Shown here in pieces: positions 57,597 through 64,000 of a stretch of DNA of 64,000 nucleotides. The notes below the pieces were generated by a model. The model was not told the DNA's origin. It saw only the letters and a list, made by a program, of their open reading frames with translations, and searched no databases. Every line of letters starts with the position of its first letter. The first letter of the stretch is position 1. The DNA is from Candidatus Poseidoniaceae archaeon (lineage in GTDB: Archaea; Thermoplasmatota; Poseidoniia; Poseidoniales; Poseidoniaceae), in assembly GCA_938084675.1 (NCBI GenBank), contig CALKGM010000012.1:12678-76677 (forward strand), read 5' to 3'. A program made the position numbers and the translations under genes.

Positions 57597-58601
57597 ATGA
57601 GCGACCGCCTATATGTTGGAATTGACCTAGGAACCTACCAATCAACCATTGCTTCAAGCGCTGGGAAAATGCACACCATTGAGACCGTCGTTGGTCGTCC
57701 AAAGGACCCTGTTGCACGTAATTTCCTTGGACGCGATGTCCTGTTTGGTGATGACGCCCTCAAAAATAAGCTCGCTTGCAATCTTTACCGCCCAATGGCC
57801 GCCGGAGTTACGCAAGACGATGAAGCCAATCTCGCAGCAGCAAAGGCATTCGTCTCCCATTTGCTTGAGACCGTTGACCCAGAAGAATTCGACGAAGTTC
57901 TTGGAGTCATCTGCTCCCCAAGCCACGTTTCCTTTACCGACAAATCCAACCTGGTAGCAACTCTACGAGGACAAGTTAACGCCATTATGGTCGTTACCGA
58001 GCCTTTTGCAACCGCATATGGAATTGATGAAATCGCAGGTTCAATCGTTGTTGACATCGGTGCTGGAACAACTGACATCGCTCGGGTCTACGGAACTTTC
58101 CCAACTGACGAGGACCAAGTAACCATCACCGAAGCCGGAGACTGGTTGGACTTGGAACTCATGACTCTTATTCGCAAGAAGTACACAGGAGCTCAAGTCA
58201 CCAAGGACATGGTCCGAAAGTGGAAGGAAGCATCCTCCTACGTTGGTGGCGATGTCCGTGAAGTTACCGTTGAACTCTCTGTTGACGGAAAGCGACAAGT
58301 TGTTGACATTGGTGATTTGATTCAAGAAGCGTGTGAACTCATTATCCCAAAGATTGGGAATGCTATCAAGCGTAACGTTGCAGGCGCAGACCCTGAATAC
58401 CAACCAATTCTCCGAAACAACATCATCCTCTCTGGCGGAGGCTCCCTCATCGATGGATGTGCTGAGCGAATCGCCTCAGAAATCTCTGATATTGGAGATG
58501 TTCGTGTCTGGTGTGTTGAAGACCCAATCAACTCAGTGGCTGCTGGTGCTTTGAAACTCGCCAGTGAAATGCCTGATGACATGTACACCTCCATCAACTG
58601 A
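57597..58601 (+). CDS. MamK-like actin-family ATPase
   Basis: Phosphate-1 YVGIDLGT, VVG.PKD, VVTEPF..AYG.D, phosphate-2 IVVDIGAGTTDI, P..EDQVT.T.AG, PEYQ....NI...GGGS.I.G, V.CV.DP, GALKLA.EMP; GGAAGGTGA RBS. Confidence 0.9.
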   Translation: MSDRLYVGIDLGTYQSTIASSAGKMHTIETVVGRPKDPVARNFLGRDVLFGDDALKNKLACNLYRPMAAGVTQDDEANLAAAKAFVSHLLETVDPEEFDEVLGVICSPSHVSFTDKSNLVATLRGQVNAIMVVTEPFATAYGIDEIAGSIVVDIGAGTTDIARVYGTFPTDEDQVTITEAGDWLDLELMTLIRKKYTGAQVTKDMVRKWKEASSYVGGDVREVTVELSVDGKRQVVDIGDLIQEACELIIPKIGNAIKRNVAGADPEYQPILRNNIILSGGGSLIDGCAERIASEISDIGDVRVWCVEDPINSVAAGALKLASEMPDDMYTSIN

Positions 58602-58681
58602 TTCGGCACTCTTCAAAGGGTCTCAAATCAGCACTGCTTTGCCCTGTCGTGGCGGGAAGGTTCAAGTGTGGTTAATACGCG

Positions 58682-59962
58682 ATGAGCAACCGTATGACGG
58701 TAGATGCTTCATCTCCTGGTGGAATTCGTCGGGTTGGAACCTCGACCAACGATGAGCGAGCAGCCCTTGAGGGAATGCTGAAAGGATATCCGATTGAGCA
58801 ACTCGTTGACGAGGTGCTCATCGCTTGGGATGAACTCGCAAAACGAAACGATGAACTCGTTACTGTCAAACAGCGCCTACGCGTGGTAGAATTGGATTTG
58901 GCCGAGCGTCACGACCAGGTTGCGCCTGAACTTGCCAAACTAGCTGAATCGGAACAGGCATTGCGGGAAGCAGATGCGAAAATCATTCACATTGAACGCG
59001 TACTAGCGGACACCAAGGCTGAATTATCTTCTCAACAATCTTCTCTTTCCCAACAAGAACGATCTTCAATGGAAGATGAAGTATCTCAGTTACGAGACCT
59101 CACCACCCAGCAAGACGAGGTTATCGGTGAAATGGAAGGACGCATCTCGCAAATGGTTGAAGCGCTTGAGCGAGCCGCAGATGCTGGTCTAACATCGGTT
59201 ACAGCAGAAGAAGTTCGCTTGCTAAAGAATCAGGTCGACGAGAAGAAGCGTCAGCTCGAAGTTGAGAAGGCTGCTGCCGAAGCACTTGAGGAAGAGCGCC
59301 AACGATTGAGAGATATTGCTGACCGTCTTCGTGGACTCTTGGATGCTCGTGACCGCCGTCTAGGAGAACTTGAGGAGCAATTGGAGCGCGTCATGCAGGG
59401 CCCACGCTCCGTTTCCGCAGAACACGATTACCTCGTTGAGCAAATCGAAGAACTCAAGCGTCGCCTTCTTGAACGAAACCGGGAATATGAATCACTACGC
59501 CGACGAGAACGACGCCTTCACAACGATGTGTTTGAGCGTGACGAGCGTTTGCAACAGATTACACTCACCATGACCGATCTTGAAGCTGCACTTCAAGACC
59601 GAACCGCTGAATTGCGTGAATTGGAAGACCAACGAAGTTCAATGGAACATGAATTACATTCTGCGCGCCGAAGTGAGCGTACCCGGGAAGTTGTCGGACG
59701 AGTCTTTGCGGATTCCCTATCTCTCGTGCGAAGTCACGAAAGCCGCGAGTTGAAGCGAGAACTCTATGCAAATGCACCAGACGTTGAGCGTACTATTGAA
59801 TCGCCCTCTACCGAAGATATGGCTCGGCTGGCAGAAGGAAGTGAATTGGAACTCAACACGAAGGAAACGGTTCTTGAGAAAGGCATGGACGTTGAGGGGG
59901 TAAGGCCTCCATCTCCCGGTGGAACCGGAGACCCTGTTCTCTTTGATGAAGAAAACGAATGA
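58682..59962 (+). CDS. long coiled-coil protein, 426 aa, with head-rod-tail architecture
   Basis: Short G/S/P head, about 300 aa of continuous E/R/L heptads, acidic P/G tail; no TM, no Walker A. Confidence 0.85.
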   Translation: MSNRMTVDASSPGGIRRVGTSTNDERAALEGMLKGYPIEQLVDEVLIAWDELAKRNDELVTVKQRLRVVELDLAERHDQVAPELAKLAESEQALREADAKIIHIERVLADTKAELSSQQSSLSQQERSSMEDEVSQLRDLTTQQDEVIGEMEGRISQMVEALERAADAGLTSVTAEEVRLLKNQVDEKKRQLEVEKAAAEALEEERQRLRDIADRLRGLLDARDRRLGELEEQLERVMQGPRSVSAEHDYLVEQIEELKRRLLERNREYESLRRRERRLHNDVFERDERLQQITLTMTDLEAALQDRTAELRELEDQRSSMEHELHSARRSERTREVVGRVFADSLSLVRSHESRELKRELYANAPDVERTIESPSTEDMARLAEGSELELNTKETVLEKGMDVEGVRPPSPGGTGDPVLFDEENE

Positions 59963-59967
59963 AGCCT

Positions 59968-60783
59968 TCAGTTGCTTGAACAAGCACCGACCAGACGTTG
60001 GAGGCGATTGCGGAGTTCTTCTATTGATGCCGCGTCTTCGGTAACGGTACCTGTAACGACCCAGTCCGCGCCGGCTTCAACTGCAGCCTCCACATCAGAA
60101 GTAGTTCGTAAGCCACCACCCACAATCAGTGTTAACCCTTCAACCTCTTTTGCTTTCTTAATCAAATCAATGTGAACGGGTGAACTCGCTCCGCTTCCTG
60201 CCTCTAAGTATAACAGAGAAAAACCGTACATCTTAGCGCAGAGCGCGTAAGCGTGAACCAATTCAACATCCGTAGGTTGGAGCAACTCCGCAGCCCCAAC
60301 TTCACCAACACGACCGCCTGGGGCGCAGACGACATACCCTGTTGGTAGGGCTTCAACACCAAACTTCTCCAGGTATGGAGCTCCTCGAATTTGTTCTCCG
60401 ACCAAAAATTCTCGTTTTGTTGAATTCATGAGCATCATAAATGTGATTGCATCCGCAGCCGGAGACAAGGCATGGGCGCCACCTGGAAACAGAACTACGG
60501 GGATATCCCACTGAGATTCATCGCCTTCGGGGTCTTGGCTGGATGCGAACATTCTCAACTCAAAGGCTTCTTGAATGGCCTGGCACGTTGAATGGACAAT
60601 GTTGTCGGGTGTGTCGGTTGATCCTCCCACGAAAACCATTTTTGAACCGGACTCTACGGCAACCATCGCCCTTTGGGCCGCTGTATCGGGGCTTTGCTTT
60701 GCTGGATCAATCAGCGTGATGTGGCGAGCGGAGTGATGGCCTCTGCGCACTTTTTCCAAAACTGTGGTCTCTCCAACGTGCAT
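59968..60783 (-). CDS. geranylgeranylglyceryl phosphate synthase
   Basis: HITLIDPAKQ, FVGGST, PVVLFPG, ADA..FM.L.NS, PTGY, LYLEAGSGA, LIVGGGLR, GAD.VVTGT. Confidence 0.93.
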   Translation of the reverse strand: MHVGETTVLEKVRRGHHSARHITLIDPAKQSPDTAAQRAMVAVESGSKMVFVGGSTDTPDNIVHSTCQAIQEAFELRMFASSQDPEGDESQWDIPVVLFPGGAHALSPAADAITFMMLMNSTKREFLVGEQIRGAPYLEKFGVEALPTGYVVCAPGGRVGEVGAAELLQPTDVELVHAYALCAKMYGFSLLYLEAGSGASSPVHIDLIKKAKEVEGLTLIVGGGLRTTSDVEAAVEAGADWVVTGTVTEDAASIEELRNRLQRLVGACSSN

Positions 60784-60881
60784 GGCCCTCGGTTCACCGT
60801 CACGGCGGGCAGGGCATAGGACTTACGCTAGCGAGCGATTTCAACGGGAGGCTTCTCAAAGCCCCCCATCGTCCCAAGAAC

Positions 60882-62666
60882 ATGAGCGAGGAGGGGCCGT
60901 TTCGGCGATTGCTAACTTACATGAGTCCTCACAGGGCAACTATCCGACTTGCTTCGTTCTGTTCGGTATTCAACAAAATATGGGACCTCGCGCCCCCGCT
61001 ATTGATTGGATTGGCGGTAGATGTTGTTGTTCTCAAGGAAGATTCCCTGCTTGCGTCGTATGGTTTAGTTGACCCTTGGCACCAACTTATTCTCCTTTCT
61101 GTGCTTACTTTTCTCATATGGGGCCTTGAATCCCTCTTCGAATATTTTTACGGCATTTTATGGAGGAACTTAGCCCAAACAGTTCAACATGAACTACGGC
61201 TTGATACCTTTGACCACGTCCAACAACAAGGCATGGGATGGTTTGATGAGCGCCAGAAAGGAGACATTCTCGCTATTCTCAACGATGACATCAACCAGCT
61301 TGAGCGGTTTTTAGACAAGGGGGCAAATGATTTGCTTCAGGTGAGTACCACCGTACTGGTTGTTGGAGCCGTTTTCTTGGTGATATCATGGGAAGTTGCT
61401 CTGTTCGCTGTGCTTCCGATCCCCCTCATCGTGTGGGGTTCCTTCCGGTATCAGCGCAGTCTTGAGCCAAGATATGCAAAGGTAAGAAGCACCGCTGGAA
61501 AGATGAACGCACTTCTTGAAAACGACTTGTCGGGAATGTCAACCATTCAGTCCTTTACCGCAGAAGAGCGCGAAATGAAGCGGGTTGAAGCGCTGAGTAA
61601 CGAATACCGAGACGCTAACCGAGAAGCTATTCGCTTGTCTGCAGCATTCACGCCTCTTATTCGGATGGCCATCCTTTGTGGATTTACCGCCACGCTACTG
61701 CTTGGAGGTTGGATGGCCCTTGAGGGCACACTTGCTATCGGGGCATACTCGGTTCTGGTATTCATGACGCAGCGGCTACTTTGGCCTCTTACTCGGTTAG
61801 GTGAAACCTTCGACCTTTACCAGCGAGCCATGGCTTCTTCCACTCGCGTACTGGACGTGCTAACCTCGCCTACAGAAGTCAAGCAAGGCGTGTATGAACC
61901 TGAATTAGAAGACATAGCAACTTCAAACATCGTTCTCAATGATGTCACCTTTGCTTATCCTGAGCGTGACAATGTTTTCTCCACTCTTAATCTGGAATTG
62001 GAAGCAGGACATACAACTGGCGTTGTTGGCTCTACAGGCGCTGGAAAAACAACACTTGTTCGGCTCCTACTACGCTTTGCTGAGCCTACATCCGGGGAGA
62101 TTACATGGTCGGGGGCACCCATCCCAGATTGGAAGCTAAGCCATCTACGCTCATCGATTGCAATGGTTGACCAACACATCACGCTATTTCCAACGACCAT
62201 CATGGAAAACATCCGATATGGGAATCCTGACTGCACTGATGATGAAGTCAAAGAAGCCGCTGCTACTGCGGAAGCTACCGGATTTATTGGAGAACTGCCT
62301 GACGGTTGGGATACCATGGTTGGAGAAGGCGGTCACCGGCTTTCTGGTGGCCAGCGACAAAGGCTTGCAATCGCTCGTGCTGTTCTCAAAGACGCCCCAC
62401 TTTTAGTCTTGGACGAAGCTACCTCCGCCGTGGATAACGAAACTGAAGCCGCACTCCAGCGTTCAATTGGCCGGATTTCAAAGGACAGGACAACCGTCAT
62501 CATAGCCCACCGACTTTCTACAGTACGAAATGCGCATCGAATCTTGGTTTTTGAAAACGGAAAGGTCATTGAAGATGGAAGTCATGATGAGTTGGTTCAA
62601 CTGAAAGGAACCTATGCTCGCCTTTGGGACGTGCAGACTGGAATTTCATCTCCCTCGATTCAATGA
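60882..62666 (+). CDS. ABC exporter, fused permease and ATPase (MsbA/ABCB-like)
   Basis: Six-TM domain; GSTGAGKT, LSGGQRQR, LVLDEATSAVD, IAHRLST. Confidence 0.95.
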   Translation: MSEEGPFRRLLTYMSPHRATIRLASFCSVFNKIWDLAPPLLIGLAVDVVVLKEDSLLASYGLVDPWHQLILLSVLTFLIWGLESLFEYFYGILWRNLAQTVQHELRLDTFDHVQQQGMGWFDERQKGDILAILNDDINQLERFLDKGANDLLQVSTTVLVVGAVFLVISWEVALFAVLPIPLIVWGSFRYQRSLEPRYAKVRSTAGKMNALLENDLSGMSTIQSFTAEEREMKRVEALSNEYRDANREAIRLSAAFTPLIRMAILCGFTATLLLGGWMALEGTLAIGAYSVLVFMTQRLLWPLTRLGETFDLYQRAMASSTRVLDVLTSPTEVKQGVYEPELEDIATSNIVLNDVTFAYPERDNVFSTLNLELEAGHTTGVVGSTGAGKTTLVRLLLRFAEPTSGEITWSGAPIPDWKLSHLRSSIAMVDQHITLFPTTIMENIRYGNPDCTDDEVKEAAATAEATGFIGELPDGWDTMVGEGGHRLSGGQRQRLAIARAVLKDAPLLVLDEATSAVDNETEAALQRSIGRISKDRTTVIIAHRLSTVRNAHRILVFENGKVIEDGSHDELVQLKGTYARLWDVQTGISSPSIQ

Positions 62667-62762
62667 AAACAGCGTATAGCGGTCGGTTTTTCCTTTTTTT
62701 CCCGTAGTAAGAAAAAAACAGCACTTTATATCCTCGGTGAAGCCGACAATCGATTGAGAACC

Positions 62763-63638
62763 ATGATAAAAGATAAGTTTTCTAAGACCACAAGCCTGCT
62801 GTTAATTGGAACCATTGCTCTAGCAATGGCCGGAACGGTAAGCGCCGTAGACCCAAAGCCAATTGGTGCAGATGGCCTACCTGAATTCGTAACTGCCGAA
62901 GGTGCGACCTTGGAACTGGTTACCTTCTTCCTCTTCTTCGTGGGATACATCGCAATGGGCGCGGCTTTCGTCTTCTTCATGAGTGAGCGTAGTAATGTAG
63001 CCCCTGAATACCGAACAACAATGACCATCTCGGCATTGATTGTTGGTATTGCTGCTTTCCACTACTATTACATGCGCGGAGTTTATGCAGACTACGGCAC
63101 CGTTTCTATCGAATACCGATACATGGATTGGATCATTACTGTTCCATTGATGGCCCTCAAATTCCCGTCCCTCGTTGGAAAGGAAGCCATCACTGACGCA
63201 AAATTCCTCGGAATGGGCTTCACCGGTGTTTGTTTCACAGGTGCGCTCATCATGATTGGATTTGGATACCTCGGTGAATCTGGCGCCCTTGGCGGCGCAG
63301 CTGGTGGATGGGCTGGTCTCATTCTCGGTGGCGTTGGCTGGGCAATGATTGTTGTCGCCACCGGGACCCCTTGGTCTTCTGGAAAGGGCGTAGATAACAG
63401 CAAAATTGCACCTGAACTCATGTGGAGCGCAAACGCCCTCCGCTGGTTCATTGTTGTCGGATGGGTCATCTATCCTATCGGCTATCTCTTCAGTCCTGGA
63501 GCAGAACTCGGCCTCGGTGACGGCAACCAAGAACTTCTTGCTGTGTTCTACAACATTGCAGACATCATCAACAAGATCGGATTCGGTATTGTCGCATGGA
63601 TGGGTGCAAAGAAAGCAACCGAAGCAATGGCAGCCTGA
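62763..63638 (+). CDS. proteorhodopsin (MGII type, DTK motif, Met at the spectral tuning site)
   Basis: AAFHYYYMR, helix C YRYMDWIITVPLMALKF, GW.IYPIGY, retinal lysine in YNIADIINKIGFG; N-terminal signal-like segment; TTTATA box at 62725-62730. Confidence 0.95.
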   Translation: MIKDKFSKTTSLLLIGTIALAMAGTVSAVDPKPIGADGLPEFVTAEGATLELVTFFLFFVGYIAMGAAFVFFMSERSNVAPEYRTTMTISALIVGIAAFHYYYMRGVYADYGTVSIEYRYMDWIITVPLMALKFPSLVGKEAITDAKFLGMGFTGVCFTGALIMIGFGYLGESGALGGAAGGWAGLILGGVGWAMIVVATGTPWSSGKGVDNSKIAPELMWSANALRWFIVVGWVIYPIGYLFSPGAELGLGDGNQELLAVFYNIADIINKIGFGIVAWMGAKKATEAMAA

Positions 63639-63661
63639 ACATAATCATCATGTCCCCCCAA

Positions 63662-63695
63662 TGAGGCGGGGCGGCTTTGGTCGTCCCGTTTCATG
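63662..63695. terminator. hairpin between the convergent rhodopsin and DUF3147-like genes
   Basis: TGAGGCGGGGCGGC-TTTG-GTCGTCCCGTTTCA stem with G-U pairs on the + strand. Confidence 0.55.
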
Positions 63696-63707
63696 GTGAC
63701 TGTTTGA

Positions 63708-64000
63708 CTACGCTTCAACGGGAGCCACGAATGTTGCTAAGGCAGTGCTGAGTACATACATGCACGCGGTAACAACAATGCCTAATGCGAGTGATGATTC
63801 AAAACTCCAACCCCTTCGTAACAGGTAGGGTAAGAGAATGAACAAGCGCATCGATGGGAAAATGAGCCAAAGTATGCCTTCCGCATAGCGAGGTACATGT
63901 TCCGTATCTTTGGTATCGCTGTACAACCAGATGATCGAAAGAATGCTCATGAAGGGTATTGAAATAAGCAGGGCTCCGTAGAGAGTTGAATGTTTTGCAA
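63708..64000 (-). CDS. DUF3147-like small membrane protein, 5' end beyond window
   Basis: GALLISIPFMSILSIIWLY.DT.D......Y...ILWL..PS..LF..LP.LLR.G..F. Confidence 0.75.
   Translation of the reverse strand, partial: AKHSTLYGALLISIPFMSILSIIWLYSDTKDTEHVPRYAEGILWLIFPSMRLFILLPYLLRRGWSFESSLALGIVVTACMYVLSTALATFVAPVEA

Noticed and set aside
57597-58601. Magnetosome island / magnetotaxis
   Set aside because: No mamB/M/E/O/Q/I-like genes recognised; the TPR protein is far larger than MamA and 28 kb away
40159-58601. Chaperonin, prefoldin and actin as a dedicated actin-folding cluster
   Set aside because: The genes are dispersed; pfdA sits in its standard LX-pfdA-ftsY context, so co-location is probably chance
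58682-59962. SMC or Rad50 ATPase
   Set aside because: No Walker A/B, signature motif or hinge; too short

Overview
Archaeal chromosomal segment of about 50% GC, most likely Marine Group II Euryarchaeota (Ca. Poseidoniales). Archaeal markers: rpL18e-L13-S9, rpLX-prefoldin alpha-ftsY, archaeal DnaG, a group II chaperonin, GGGP synthase, a PINA-type ATPase and a PGF-CTERM-like sorting signal. A DTK-motif proteorhodopsin points to MGII. Housekeeping genes (eno, purH, purN, aminotransferase, tRNA-Cys) are interspersed with many surface or secreted Ca2+-binding TSP3-repeat proteins and long coiled-coil or repeat proteins. No mobile element or CRISPR array was seen. Top leads: (1) a MamK-like actin followed by a head-rod-tail coiled-coil protein, a candidate cytoskeletal system with no recognisable magnetosome genes in this window; (2) a surface-matrix locus pairing a 2699-aa membrane-anchored DHDNDG-repeat protein with a secreted (GQ)n/(GQQ)n protein, where both share a 17-nt promoter motif and the second has a ~290-nt leader containing a three-way-junction RNA; (3) a fasciclin-cupredoxin / HmuY-like / PQQ-dehydrogenase surface operon; (4) a recurrent non-canonical TT(C/G)AA promoter box; (5) a 38-aa Zn-finger microprotein absent from the ORF track. 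All family calls come from motif recognition by eye; no database search was run.
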